Shown: positions 19,496-31,750, counted from the stretch's first letter. The stretch: DNA of 64,000 nucleotides from Candidatus Latescibacterota bacterium (GCA_965248265.1 CBDFJF010000002.1:1728001-1792000), one strand, 5' to 3'. Program-made: numbers and translations. The notes: generated by a model not told the origin, from the sequence alone.

Positions 19496-20351
19496 GCGAC
19501 CCATGCTCGTCTTCGGTTACCAGGGAGCAAACCCGCTCATGCCACGCGTGTTGATCGGGCTACTGATTTCTGCGGCCCTTCCAGTTGCTGCTCAGCCACA
19601 GGTAGAGCACGAGAATACGAGACCCCTCTGGGTGTCGAGACGGCCAAAGCCGGACGGCTACTTTGTCGGAATCGGCGTGGCTCAGAGACAGGAAAGCTTG
19701 CCTGAGTCCAAAGACCGTGCCCTCAAGCATGCCCTGAAAAACATCGCTACCCAGATAGAAACCCAGGTTCTTGGCGAAATCAACATGATTGAGACCGAGA
19801 AAGCCGGAGAGATACAGCAGGAGTACCGTGCGGAAATAACCACCATGGTTTCCGCCACGCTGGAAGGGGTCGAAATCGTGGACACATGGGAGGATAGGGA
19901 GAACTGTTGGGTGTACGCCCGGCTTTCCGCACTCAGATTCCAGCGTCTTCGGCAGCGGAAAATCGACAGCGCGCGTCGTTTGGCCTTCGAATTCTTCTCG
20001 AGCGCCCACGAGCGGGGCCCCGATGCAACAGCCACAGCGCTCTCACTCTACGTGCAGGCACTCAAGCCGCTGCGCGACGCTCTCGGTGACCCATTGCGGG
20101 TAACACATCGGGGAAGAGCGATCGCCCTGGATACACAGATACCCAGGAGAATCCAGGCAATCCTGTCGACCATCGAGTTGGAAGCTTCCCTGGTCGCAGC
20201 TCCTCTCAAGCAGGGCAGTACCATCGACGTCCCGCTCAAGGTCACGGCCTCTGTCGTGGATGAGAAGGGAACGAGACATATGGTGAGCGGCTTGCCTATC
20301 TGAATCGCCCCGGGGTTGCCGGAGGCTCCATTTCTTGAGAGGATTGGAGTC

Positions 20352-21583
<1,232 letters not shown>

Positions 21584-22258
21584 CCGAGTCTCCGAAAAAC
21601 CCGGGGCGATTCAATCCGTTTCGTGTTTGAGAGAGGCCGTGGTGATCTTGTTGCGAGTGTGTGGACCGGTAAAGAGGGCACCGCGATATCCAGACTCCGC
21701 ACGATACACGACCCGGCCTCCGTCCAAACAGTCCAGGCAACGATTGATCTGGATGCATTCTCTTTCCGAGACGCTCGTGGGTTAGCGCTGGAACAGCAAC
21801 CCGTCAGATTCGCTGTCCCGTCTGCAACATTTCAGTTAGAGATCTTACGGCGAACGGTCCATGCCGTCAGTGGCGAATTCAACCTGGGCCACGCTCTCGG
21901 AATTCCCCTCTTACAACCGATCGTCAAAGAGGAACTGGGACAAGCGGGCCTGCACTTCGTGGACCGGTCAGGACAAGCTGATCTGGTACTAGAAATCGAT
22001 GCGCGGACAAGACACGGAAACAGATTTCAGGATATCTACTTTTCCTTTCTGGACATGGTGGTTTCTGTCAGGAATCGAGATTCCGGTGATGAGCTGTTTT
22101 CCGCATCGTTGACCAACATCAAAGGAGGTGGAGAAAGTTACGAACAGGCAGGGATCAAGGCTTTTGAGAACGCTGGAGAGCAACTCGCAGAGATGGTTTT
22201 GCCCAACATGTTCGATGAGCTAAACAAGTGATCTTCGGATCGGAAGGAGGACGTAGCC

Positions 22259-23146
22259 ATGTATAGAACAATGTATCCCCTAACAGCATGTCTGGTCATC
22301 TGTGTGGCAGGTGTCCATGCACAGAATGCCGGGCGAGAGGTGATGGGTGCTCTGCCACCTATAGAACCCTCAAGTTTGTCCATCGTCCCGACCGCAAGCG
22401 TAACAAGATCTCTGGATGTCGATCTCTCAGGAGTTGGGGTTTTCCCGGGGACCGGGAAAACGCTAAACCGGGGAGCAGTTTTACTCGGCATAGGAAACAT
22501 TGCCGAGGTGGAGCTGAGCAAGGTAGCCATGGTCAGCAGCTTGGCGAGTGCGAACCAAATGAGCAGCGCTCCAGGCGGCGGCCTCAAGGTTGCTTTCCCG
22601 ATGTGGCGGCATTGGAAGGGAATGGCAGTCGGTTTCCGCAGATCCGGGGCGCACGAAGAGAGCGTTGGCCCTGTGACATACAAGAAAAAGGTCGGGGAGT
22701 TCTACACTGTTGCATCGATGGCGAACTTCCTGACACCCGAGGAAGGGGCAGCGGCAAGCGGGGGCTGGATGGGTACAAAATTGAAGGCCCACTTCGGCTT
22801 GAGTTATCTGGCTGCTCGCTTGACGTCTGGACTGACGGAGGCACATAAGAAAGCCTTTGTACGGCCCTTTGGTGGTGTCGAAATCTGGAGGGGGGATTCG
22901 AGTATACCACATACTCGAGTTATGGCGGAGTTTGGATGGATGGCGCATTTCAAACCTGAGCAACAAATCGATGACATCTGGGTAGGCATAGGTGGGATCA
23001 GATTTTTCGTTCACCGATATGCTACACTGGATATTGGCGTCAGATACCAGAGCAACTACGAGGGGTTGTCAGAATCGACGCTGCAAACCCAATTGCGCTT
23101 GGGATGGCCAACCCATCTGATACGAAACCGCTTCGTCGGGATTTAG
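22259..23146 (+). CDS. Hypothetical secreted protein, probable outer-membrane beta-barrel
   Basis: Signal peptide VHA-Q; alternating strands (FVRPFGGVEIW, IGGIRFF, LDIGVRYQ, LRLGW); AAGGAGG RBS. Confidence 0.7.
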   Translation: MYRTMYPLTACLVICVAGVHAQNAGREVMGALPPIEPSSLSIVPTASVTRSLDVDLSGVGVFPGTGKTLNRGAVLLGIGNIAEVELSKVAMVSSLASANQMSSAPGGGLKVAFPMWRHWKGMAVGFRRSGAHEESVGPVTYKKKVGEFYTVASMANFLTPEEGAAASGGWMGTKLKAHFGLSYLAARLTSGLTEAHKKAFVRPFGGVEIWRGDSSIPHTRVMAEFGWMAHFKPEQQIDDIWVGIGGIRFFVHRYATLDIGVRYQSNYEGLSESTLQTQLRLGWPTHLIRNRFVGI

Positions 23147-23154
23147 GCGCATCA

Positions 23155-24834
23155 ATGAAAAACAGCAAGATAGCCGCCATCGCGCCAACAGCTGTGCTTG
23201 TCATATGGTCCTGTTTCTTTGCCCCCACCGCTGCAGTGGGCGGCCAGGTCGCCGTCTATCTGGCCAATCGTGCTGCGAAAACCCATGAGTCCACAGTGCG
23301 CGACCTGACGGAGGCACTGGCGATCAGCCTCATGCAGGAGAAGGGGTTGGCTATCGTAGGACACAAACAGACGGCAGAGGCAGTGGAGAGCCTAGGCTTC
23401 GATCTCGCAAAACCCATCACGACCGAAGCAGCCGTGGCATTGGGAGAATCGTTGGGAGCTGGAGCCGCGGTTGTGGGGAGTTTGTCAGAACAGTATGAGA
23501 TCGAAGCCGAGCTTTTGGATACACAGACGGCGACGTCGCTGGCAACGATAAACCGTAGTGGAAGACGAGACGAGGTCTTCGATATAGTGGATGTATTGGG
23601 CAAGGAGTTATCGCACAAACTCAAGACGGTAGACAAGACACGAAGCACGATCGCCGTCCTCTACTTCGAAAATGTGGGTTCAGAGGAATACAACCTCTTC
23701 GTTCGTGGCATATCCGAGATGTTGATAACCAGCTTGAGGCAGTCGGAAACATTGAGCATGGTCGGTCGCGCTCAGATAGATCAGGGGCTGGGGCACTTCG
23801 GACTGAAGTCAGGTGAACCACTGACCTCGCAGGAAGCATCGGCGCTCGGAAGTTGGCTGGGTGCTGATGTGGTAGTTAGTGGCCGGTTTTCGGAAACGTT
23901 TCAGATTGACGCAATGTCGGTTGACGTGAGAAACAGCAGACTGCTGTCTGAGCGGAGCGTCACCGGGACGAAGAGCGAGGTCGTCGAAAGCGCGAGGACA
24001 TTGGGCGCAGAATTACGGAGTAAATTGAACATGCTTCGTAAGAAGACGCGAAAGATTGCCGTCCTCTATTTCGAGAACCACACCTCCAAGACATACGATC
24101 GCTTCGTCCAGGGGCTGTCGGATATGCTGATGACCAGTCTGGGTCAAGCGCAGAAGCTGACGATCATCGAGCGCGTTCAGATTGACAAGGCGATGGAGAA
24201 TTTCCGACTCGAGTTGAGCGGAGCGATTGACGCAGAGACAGCTGTTGAGGTCGGCAAGTGGCTGGGTGCGGATGCCGTCGTCGTAGGCAGTTTCACCCAG
24301 TTCGGAGAGGCTTACCGGATTGACGCGCGGCTAATAGATGCAGAGACCGGCGAGCTCGTAGTCGCGCAGAATGTCAGGGGACCCGAGAGTGATGTCATTT
24401 CGATGATCGATCAGCTAGGAGCTCAGCTCATCGACCGCGTTGTTGAAAAGGAAGCAGAGTTCGACGGTGGATCCGGCCATCTGCTGATAAGATTCATGAT
24501 TACAAGAGCGGAGATGACCGAGAGGCTGGCGTACCACCAAATTTCTAGGCTATTTGTCGATGGCAAGGCGAGGGGCGCGAGTCCTGTGGTGCAAGCAGCG
24601 GAGGAATGGGTCACCCTGTTCTCAGAGGAACTCAGAGCAGGGAGACATGGTGTCGAGGTGACTCACGGGTTTGTCAAAGAGAAGAACTGGGACGGCGAAC
24701 TCCCCGTGCAACCGAGGCTATTCACTGTCACTATCGCACCCGGAGCAACCACCACCCTCCAGTACAGCTTTGGCATCGGATGGTTCAGCGATGCATACTA
24801 CTACGAACCCCCTTGGAGAGGCTCGTCGAAATGA
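23155..24834 (+). CDS. Secreted protein with three tandem CsgG/TolB-N/FlgO-like domains
   Basis: Repeats of IAVLYFEN...LGADxVVxG...IDARLID; extra C-terminal beta domain. Confidence 0.8.
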   Translation: MKNSKIAAIAPTAVLVIWSCFFAPTAAVGGQVAVYLANRAAKTHESTVRDLTEALAISLMQEKGLAIVGHKQTAEAVESLGFDLAKPITTEAAVALGESLGAGAAVVGSLSEQYEIEAELLDTQTATSLATINRSGRRDEVFDIVDVLGKELSHKLKTVDKTRSTIAVLYFENVGSEEYNLFVRGISEMLITSLRQSETLSMVGRAQIDQGLGHFGLKSGEPLTSQEASALGSWLGADVVVSGRFSETFQIDAMSVDVRNSRLLSERSVTGTKSEVVESARTLGAELRSKLNMLRKKTRKIAVLYFENHTSKTYDRFVQGLSDMLMTSLGQAQKLTIIERVQIDKAMENFRLELSGAIDAETAVEVGKWLGADAVVVGSFTQFGEAYRIDARLIDAETGELVVAQNVRGPESDVISMIDQLGAQLIDRVVEKEAEFDGGSGHLLIRFMITRAEMTERLAYHQISRLFVDGKARGASPVVQAAEEWVTLFSEELRAGRHGVEVTHGFVKEKNWDGELPVQPRLFTVTIAPGATTTLQYSFGIGWFSDAYYYEPPWRGSSK

Positions 24835-24865
24835 TGCCACGTAAAGTATCGTAAAGGAACCACGG

Positions 24866-27001
24866 ATGACGAACATGTCGTGGTACGAATTGGCGTGGTT
24901 CCTCGGTGCGGCCCTCGGCGCAGCGCTTCTGTGGGGGAATTTCAGCTCAGGTATAAAAAAAAGGGGCAGTCCGCCTCCCCTCCTTTTCCTGCTCTGTGCA
25001 TTGGCTCTCTGGTTCAGCGGAGAGGCGCTACGGATTCTGATCGCACAGGCGGTACCTGGATCACCAGTCGCAGACTATGCAGCGGCAGGTGGCCGTCTCG
25101 GTCTCTCCTTTGTACCGGCGGCACTCGTGGCAACACTCCTCACCCTAGCGGTTGAAGCGGAGATGATGGTGGTCCACCGGGTCCGGCGCTATCTCCCCGC
25201 GGTCCTCCTCGTCCCCGGAATTTCTGCCTTCGTACTGGGCGAGATGTACTCTCGTATGCCGGAAAGATCGTTGGGGTTTAGCCTCTATCTGATTCTCGCC
25301 CTGGTAGTCGCCGGGTACCTCTGCTGGCGCCTCGCCGGCCACCATGAGATGGAGGTTCACCGGCGGTTCTACGGGTTGATGGCCATTGCTTTGTTCAGCA
25401 TCGCCGTCTTCCACGGAATCGTCATTTCAATACAGGGTATTGTGGCTCCTGACCTGTATCAGATTCTCTCCCTGATCCTTTTTCTCTCGCCTATTGTGCC
25501 CGCTTTTGTCCTCGGATATTTCGCCTACCGCTACAGCTTCTTCAGAATCGTCATCAATCCGGCACTGTTCTATTCTGCTCTCACGGGCATCGTCCTAATA
25601 GTGTACCTACTCGGCATTCGCCGTGTCGCCGAACAATTTCGCGATGTCGGAGGAGGATTCAGGCCAGAAATCGTCGAAGCCACCCTCCTGACACTGCTTG
25701 TCTTTCTGTTCCAGCCGGTCAAAAACCGCTTGCAGCGCCTCATCAACCGCCTCTTCTTCAAAGCGCGATTCCAATACCAGCATCTTTTGGGGGACCTCAG
25801 TCATAGACTGAACGTACCGCTCGCATTCGAGCAACGGTTAGAGGACCTCGTGGACGCCATCGGAACTGCCTTGAAGGTCCACGTCGTGTCACTGACCCTG
25901 TTCGATCGTCGAGATCGTGAAGATGGCGGGATCCAGAATATCAGCGTCACCGGGAGCCGTGGGCTGCCCGGATTTCCTCCACCAGACATACCCTTGAGCC
26001 GCGGGCCAGAGGACAAATCCCATGTCGAGCTGGTGGTAGAATGGTTATCGAAGAACAGGCGCCCTCTGGACACAGGCGAACTCCACCGCTGGCGTTTCGT
26101 GACCCCCCTGGTCGCACAAGGGGTTCAGCTCTGTATTCCCGTGTTGCGAGAAGATCAGGTGATCGGCTTTCTTTGCCTGGGTGAGAAGAAACGCGGCGTA
26201 CCTTTTTCGGGGGAAGAGCGGGAATTGCTCGAAACCCTCTGCAACCAGATTGCCCTGGCTGCTGACAACGCCCATCTCGTCGAGTCAAGGCTGGCGATGG
26301 AGCGCCAGATGTTCGAGGCAGAACGCCTTTCCTCTCTCGGTCTTCTCTCTGCGAGTATTGCTCACGAAGTCAAGAATCCGCTCAGTTCGATCAAGACCAT
26401 TACCTCCGTGCTGCGGGAAGAGCTACAGGACAACCGAACTGCGGCAAAGGACCTTTCCGTTGTTGTGAGTGAAGTGGATCGGTTGACTCATGTGGTGGAC
26501 CGATTGCTCAAGTTTGCCAAGCCTGAAACCGAGGGTGCATTCCGCTCTGTGCCGCTGCAGGAGGTCCTGGATGACGTGGTTCTCATCCTCTCTCACGAGG
26601 CGGAACGACGCAACGTTGACATCCAGTTGGAGATGGAAGACGATCTTGCGGTTTGGGGGGACCGCGAAGCCCTCAAGGAGATCCTTTTCAATTTGATCCT
26701 CAACGGCATCGAGGCGACTGGACCGGACGAGGATGGACTGGTCTCCATAGCGGCCCGGCGACATCTTCCAACGCATCGGGTGGAAATCGTCGTCATAGAC
26801 TCGGGTCCGGGCATTGCACCAGATGTTCGGCCTCACATCTTCGAACCGTTTTACACGACCAAATCGTCGGGAACGGGTCTTGGCCTTGTGACGGTCAAAC
26901 GCGCGGCTGAGCGAATGGCGGGAACCGTGGATGTGAAGAACAGTGTTGAGCCTGGACGCGGCGCCATGTTTTTGGTTCGACTTCCTGGAGGAGAAGAGTG
27001 A
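24866..27001 (+). CDS. Multi-TM sensor histidine kinase with GAF domain (PrsK-like architecture)
   Basis: About 9 TM helices, GAF, H-box IAHEVKNPL, N-box NLILNG, DSGPGI, GTGLGL. Confidence 0.93.
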   Translation: MTNMSWYELAWFLGAALGAALLWGNFSSGIKKRGSPPPLLFLLCALALWFSGEALRILIAQAVPGSPVADYAAAGGRLGLSFVPAALVATLLTLAVEAEMMVVHRVRRYLPAVLLVPGISAFVLGEMYSRMPERSLGFSLYLILALVVAGYLCWRLAGHHEMEVHRRFYGLMAIALFSIAVFHGIVISIQGIVAPDLYQILSLILFLSPIVPAFVLGYFAYRYSFFRIVINPALFYSALTGIVLIVYLLGIRRVAEQFRDVGGGFRPEIVEATLLTLLVFLFQPVKNRLQRLINRLFFKARFQYQHLLGDLSHRLNVPLAFEQRLEDLVDAIGTALKVHVVSLTLFDRRDREDGGIQNISVTGSRGLPGFPPPDIPLSRGPEDKSHVELVVEWLSKNRRPLDTGELHRWRFVTPLVAQGVQLCIPVLREDQVIGFLCLGEKKRGVPFSGEERELLETLCNQIALAADNAHLVESRLAMERQMFEAERLSSLGLLSASIAHEVKNPLSSIKTITSVLREELQDNRTAAKDLSVVVSEVDRLTHVVDRLLKFAKPETEGAFRSVPLQEVLDDVVLILSHEAERRNVDIQLEMEDDLAVWGDREALKEILFNLILNGIEATGPDEDGLVSIAARRHLPTHRVEIVVIDSGPGIAPDVRPHIFEPFYTTKSSGTGLGLVTVKRAAERMAGTVDVKNSVEPGRGAMFLVRLPGGEE

Positions 27002-28419
27002 AACCACGAATCCTGATTGTGGATGACGAACCTGCAGCCCGCCACAGTCTCGAACGGGCTCTGGGTCCACTAGACTGCAAGATCGTCGAAGCGGAGGACG
27101 GAGTCGCCGCACTGGCGGCGATTGAGCAATCCGATCCCGACCTGGTGATCTGCGACCTTCAGATGCCAAAGATGGATGGGATCGCGCTGATGAAGGTACT
27201 TGGCAAAAGACCGAATGCGCCCCCCGTCATCATGATCACGGCCTATGGATCGGAACGGATCGCGGTTGAAGCGATGAAGACCGGCGCACACGACTATCTC
27301 AGCAAACCCTATGAGGTGGATGAGCTGAGATGCATTGTCGAGAATGCTCTTGAGACGGTCCGGCTGAGACGAGAGAACCTGGCCCTGCGCACTGAACTTG
27401 AGCAACGCTCCGGATTCGGAATGTTGAGCGGCCAGAGTAAGGCAATGGAGGTCGTGTATGACCTGATCGGAAAGGTAGCCGCGACGGACGCCACAGTACT
27501 TATCGGTGGAGAAAATGGCACTGGCAAGGAACTCGTGGCCCGGACCATCCACGCACAGAGCGGTCGTGAAGAGCACTCGTTTGTCGCCATGAGTGCTGCT
27601 GCTCTACCCACTGACCTCATCGAAAGCGAGATGTTCGGACACGAAAAAGGGGCTTTCACCGGGGCAACCGACCGTCGCGCCGGGAAGTTTGAGCTCGCCC
27701 ACAAGGGTACCCTGTTCTTGGACGAGATCGGTGATATGAGTCTCGAAACGCAAGCCAAACTCCTCCGTGTTCTTCAGGAGCGGACCTTCGAACGACTCGG
27801 CGGCAACGAGACCATGACAGTCGACGTCCGGCTCATCAGCGCGACGAACAGGGATCTCCCGGCGGATATCATCGCCGGACGATTCCGCGAGGATCTATAC
27901 TATCGCCTCCATGTCGTGGATATTGTGCTCCCTCCGCTAAGGCATCGGCGCGAGGATATCCCCTCGCTTGTTTATCACTTTCTCAAGCAGTTCAAGCGGC
28001 AACATGGAAAAACCGCCTCGGAGATCCGACCGGAGGTGATGAAGCTCCTGGTCGAGCATTCGTGGCCCGGGAATGTCCGCCAGCTCATGAATGTGGTCGA
28101 GCGAGCCGTCATCCTTGCGGACGGATCCGATGTGACGGAGGAGGTTCTGCCGCTGGAAATCCGGACTGGTTCCGAGCACGCAGAGGCTGGTCTTTCTACT
28201 TGGCGCGAAGGCATCTCGTTTCAGGAAGCAAAACACGAGGTTGTGCATTCCTTCGAGACTGAATTCATTTGTGCGGCACTGGAACGCTGCGGCGGTAACA
28301 TCAGTCGTGCCGCGTCGGCCGTGGGCATGAAACGACAAGCGCTGCAGCAGAAGATTAAGGAGTTGGGGATCAACCCCGATGCCTATAGGCAGCAACAGCA
28401 GTCGGACGTGAACCCATGA
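26998..28419 (+). CDS. sigma54-dependent response regulator (NtrC family)
   Basis: REC domain, GENGTGKE, GAFTGA, LFLDEIG, WPGNVRQL, C-terminal Fis HTH. Confidence 0.95.
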   Translation: MKPRILIVDDEPAARHSLERALGPLDCKIVEAEDGVAALAAIEQSDPDLVICDLQMPKMDGIALMKVLGKRPNAPPVIMITAYGSERIAVEAMKTGAHDYLSKPYEVDELRCIVENALETVRLRRENLALRTELEQRSGFGMLSGQSKAMEVVYDLIGKVAATDATVLIGGENGTGKELVARTIHAQSGREEHSFVAMSAAALPTDLIESEMFGHEKGAFTGATDRRAGKFELAHKGTLFLDEIGDMSLETQAKLLRVLQERTFERLGGNETMTVDVRLISATNRDLPADIIAGRFREDLYYRLHVVDIVLPPLRHRREDIPSLVYHFLKQFKRQHGKTASEIRPEVMKLLVEHSWPGNVRQLMNVVERAVILADGSDVTEEVLPLEIRTGSEHAEAGLSTWREGISFQEAKHEVVHSFETEFICAALERCGGNISRAASAVGMKRQALQQKIKELGINPDAYRQQQQSDVNP

Positions 28420-29387
28420 GACCAGAGTGGGTCCTCATTGCCAACCCCACCGCTGGTAGCGGCCGGGCTGTCAGGGTGGCTGGCAAGGTGGCCAAATCCC
28501 TGGAGCGGGCCGGACTGCAGGCCAGGATCGAGATCACTCGGCAGCGTGGAGATGCCCCGGAATTGGCCAGACAGGCACTCGATAGAAGGGCCGGCCGCAT
28601 CATCGTCTGTGGCGGTGACGGTACGATCAACGAACTTCTGCCCGTCCTCAGTGGACGACCTGCGCCACCCCTCGGTATCATCCCCTGTGGCTCCTGCAAC
28701 GACCTCGCCCTGGCCCTTGAGATTCCCCGCCGGATTGAGTCCGCTGTGCAGGTCCTTCTCGATGGGACGACGGCGACAGTCGATCTGGCCAGAGTGGGCG
28801 ATCGTCTGTTTGCTACAGTTGCTGGTTGCGGCTTCGACGCCGAGGTCGGCCAGACCGCCAGGACTGGGTGGCTGTCCGGCACATCCGGGTATCTCTGGGC
28901 AACACTCCATTGCCTCGGGCGCTTCAGGCCACCGCGAATGAAGATCAGCGGTGAGTTTGGCACTGTGGAAGATAACGTCTTTCTCGTCGCGACTGGCAAT
29001 ACAAGCAGCTACGGTGGCGGCATGCGAATCGTACCGGATGCCGATCCCTTTGACGGCAAACTCGACATCTGCATCGTTCGCCCGATCGCGGGTTGGACGG
29101 TCCTCCACATGCTCAGCCGCGTATTCCGTGGCGGTCACATCAGCCACCCCGCCGTACAGATTGAGCGTTCTTCTTGGGTCACAATCGAAGGTACCACCTC
29201 CATGGAGCATCAGCTTTTCGGCGACGGCGAAGACCTGACGACGACGCCATGTACGATCAAGGCAGAGGCCGGGGCCATCGATGTTAGCCTGCCCAAATCG
29301 GAGTCCTGTAGCCGCCCGCTTGCGTCGGGGACCGTCTTACTCCATGCCCATCCAAAAAACGCATCTGCTCAGCAACTCGGTCTTTGA
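28416..29387 (+). CDS. Diacylglycerol/lipid kinase family protein (YegS/DagK-like)
   Basis: NPTAG, GGDGTINE, PCGSCNDLA, YGGGM. Confidence 0.92.
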   Translation: MRPEWVLIANPTAGSGRAVRVAGKVAKSLERAGLQARIEITRQRGDAPELARQALDRRAGRIIVCGGDGTINELLPVLSGRPAPPLGIIPCGSCNDLALALEIPRRIESAVQVLLDGTTATVDLARVGDRLFATVAGCGFDAEVGQTARTGWLSGTSGYLWATLHCLGRFRPPRMKISGEFGTVEDNVFLVATGNTSSYGGGMRIVPDADPFDGKLDICIVRPIAGWTVLHMLSRVFRGGHISHPAVQIERSSWVTIEGTTSMEHQLFGDGEDLTTTPCTIKAEAGAIDVSLPKSESCSRPLASGTVLLHAHPKNASAQQLGL

Positions 29388-29608
29388 TCAGCTTTAGTCT
29401 TCGCTTGAGAGCCGATTGCTCCAGCTGTTACCGCAGATGGGAAGCAATCTTGGTAATCAAGCGTTCACTTTGGGGCAAGGAGCAAAATTAAAGTGCAAAA
29501 CCATCGCTGAAGAGACAATGACGTCCCCCTCTTGGTGATATGTGTCACAGTACCACGACGCGCAGCAAGTAGGTTTGACACCTAACCTCTAACCTGGCTG
29601 GTGTAATT

Positions 29609-30454
29609 GTGAACGGGGAGCAGCTAGATCCTCTGGTAGCTCAGTACTTTCAAGAAATCGAAAATTCTGTAGGACTTCCCAGCAAGACTGAAATTGTCCT
29701 TGCACAGCGTATTCAAAGCGGTGATGCGCATGCTCTGGGGCTATTGGTCAAAGCGAATCTTCGATTTGTTGTGAAGATCGCCAAAGACTATAGAGAGAAA
29801 GGTCTGCCGTTTTCCGATGTTGTTAGTGCAGGAAATCTGGGATTGATTATCGCGGCGAAGCGCTTTGACGGTACGAAGGGGTTCAAGTTCACGTCCTATG
29901 CTGTCTGGTGGATCCGACAGTCTATCCTATTGGCTCTAGCTGAGCAACCTAGAATAGTCCGATTGCCATTGAACAAGATCCATGAATTGTCTCAGTTCAA
30001 TAGAGTTGTGAGCACATTAGAGCAGAAATTAGGTTGCGCGCCTGTCTTGAGCGCCGTTGCTGAGGAGATGGTGGTCAAAATTGAAGATCTGAACACTCTT
30101 CTCATTCGAGCGAAGTCCCCTAAATCGTTAGATCAGCCATGTGACAACGAAGTCTCAAAGGCATGTCTCATCGACCGGATCATAGACGACTCAGCAGTCA
30201 CTGACGTGGGGTTGCTTCAGGCCGAGTTGAGAGAGCAGATTGTTGGTGCCATGAGTACTCTGACGGAGCGAGAAGCTGAAGTGATCAGCCGACATTACGG
30301 CCTCAATGGGTATGAGCCAATGACGCTGCATGAAATTGGTATCACGTTCGGTCGATCGCGTGAAAGGATCCGACAAATCAAGGAGAAGGCATTAAAGGTG
30401 CTGAGACGTTCGTTCAAAAGAGCTGGAGTTTCTGATTCGGACAAAGACATCTGA
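29609..30454 (+). CDS. sigma70-family RNA polymerase sigma factor (RpoD/RpoS-like, no region 1.1)
   Basis: ANLRFVVKIAK, KFTSYAVWWIRQ, SRERIRQIKEKAL. Confidence 0.92.
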   Translation: MNGEQLDPLVAQYFQEIENSVGLPSKTEIVLAQRIQSGDAHALGLLVKANLRFVVKIAKDYREKGLPFSDVVSAGNLGLIIAAKRFDGTKGFKFTSYAVWWIRQSILLALAEQPRIVRLPLNKIHELSQFNRVVSTLEQKLGCAPVLSAVAEEMVVKIEDLNTLLIRAKSPKSLDQPCDNEVSKACLIDRIIDDSAVTDVGLLQAELREQIVGAMSTLTEREAEVISRHYGLNGYEPMTLHEIGITFGRSRERIRQIKEKALKVLRRSFKRAGVSDSDKDI

Positions 30455-30557
30455 GATCCCTGCCGAGATAGGTGTGCAAAAAGAGAAGGGATGAATGTAC
30501 AAATGGTGAGGAGCTTGATGGCGGTGTAACCTCTCTCGTGGTGATGCAAGTCTAAGG

Positions 30558-30809
30558 TTGTTTGTTGCTAGAGTGTCTCAAGTGAAAATTTTCAGTCAGT
30601 CTGAGAAAAATCTCTTCTTCACTCAAGAGAGGAATGTCATACAGTGGTATCTGGAGAGCGGGGCGTGGCAATATCGGAGTGTACAGAAGCCGGACGGTCG
30701 CCTGCTGGCGGAAGGGTCTGCGAGGCAGGTAATGGATGAGCTTAAGAGCTCTTTACCTCCTGATCTTCAAGACCAAATCAAAGGCTTCTATTGGCTGCGC
30801 GAAGTTTGA
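30558..30809 (+). CDS. Hypothetical protein
   Basis: 83-aa ORF in an AT-rich patch, start uncertain. Confidence 0.35.
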   Translation: MFVARVSQVKIFSQSEKNLFFTQERNVIQWYLESGAWQYRSVQKPDGRLLAEGSARQVMDELKSSLPPDLQDQIKGFYWLREV

Positions 30810-31140
30810 CCAACGAACTCGATAGTTGGCGCCCTGGGGATCGCTGAATCGCGTTGGACAGCCATACAGATTCATGAGGAGAGCTGACCATTCGCTTCGA
30901 ACGCCTCGAGGCAAACTTTTGGCCATTGAACGCCGCAACCCTACCGCATCTTGTCGCCCTCCCGGACACCTGACTTTGCCTTAAAATCCAGAAGATGCGC
31001 ACAAACGTCCCGTAGTAGTACGGAGCCGAGTGCACTTCGTTGTCTCTTTAATCGGATATTTACAGAATTTGTAGGTGCAAACCTAGGAAATGACTTGGTT
31101 ATGACTATCGATTTGGGTTGATTTTCTGAAGATAGGGAGG

Positions 31141-31210
31141 ATCATCAGGGGTGCCCGAGGTTTCGAAACCCTTCGAACCTGAACTGGGTAATGCAAGCGG
31201 AGGGAGATAG
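31141..31210 (+). ncRNA. TPP-riboswitch-like aptamer (variant)
   Basis: AGGGGTGCC...ACCC..GAACCTGAACTGGGTAATGCAAGCGGAGGGA follows the TPP consensus, but UGAGA is replaced by UUCGA. Confidence 0.7.
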
Positions 31211-31237
31211 GCAGTGACATAAAATGTTTGCGTGACC

Positions 31238-31272
31238 GCGCCGCTTTCCCAACGGGAAGATGGCGCTTCTTT
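31238..31272 (+). terminator. Intrinsic-terminator-like hairpin, possible riboswitch expression platform
   Basis: GCGCC-GCTTTCCC-AAC-GGGAAGA-TGGCGC followed by TTCTTT. Confidence 0.6.
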
Positions 31273-31353
31273 CATGTAAAATGCAATATGAAAAGAGTGG
31301 GAGTGGAGCACTCGTATTTTGATGGTTGTTAAGAAACGGAGGCAGATGATAGC

Positions 31354-31581
31354 ATGGAAGCAGGAGCTATGGTTGCCGCTCTGGTGATGATACTTATGGT
31401 GGTTGTGGGGAAGATCGTTACAAGTAGATTGCTGGGTTTTATGGAGGGCCAAATTGCTAATAGGGAAGTTGATTCGAAAGACAAGGGTATCTTGATGGCT
31501 GATGAGCACTTCAAGCTAATAGTCCATGTAAACGGTGAAGGAGACCTCCATGGAAAAAAGCGACCTGGCGCGCCGGATTAA
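31354..31581 (+). CDS. Possible small single-TM protein
   Basis: GGAGG 11 nt upstream, N-terminal hydrophobic helix; overlaps the next ORF. Confidence 0.3.
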   Translation: MEAGAMVAALVMILMVVVGKIVTSRLLGFMEGQIANREVDSKDKGILMADEHFKLIVHVNGEGDLHGKKRPGAPD

Positions 31582-31750
31582 GGCGGCCAAAGGAGATATG
31601 GTCAAGTTCGATCGATCTGCTCTACTGAAGATCTGGGGCATGCTACTCAACCAGGATGAGCTCGTAGAGAGAGTCAGACGGTTCTGCCTCGAGCACGGAT
31701 TCGAATGGCGGATCGACGATGTGACCAAAGAGTTTCGGATTCGTTCCTGA
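31550..31750 (+). CDS. Small hypothetical protein
   Basis: AAGGAG RBS, ATG 31550, 66 aa with protein-like composition. Confidence 0.55.
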   Translation: MEKSDLARRIKAAKGDMVKFDRSALLKIWGMLLNQDELVERVRRFCLEHGFEWRIDDVTKEFRIRS

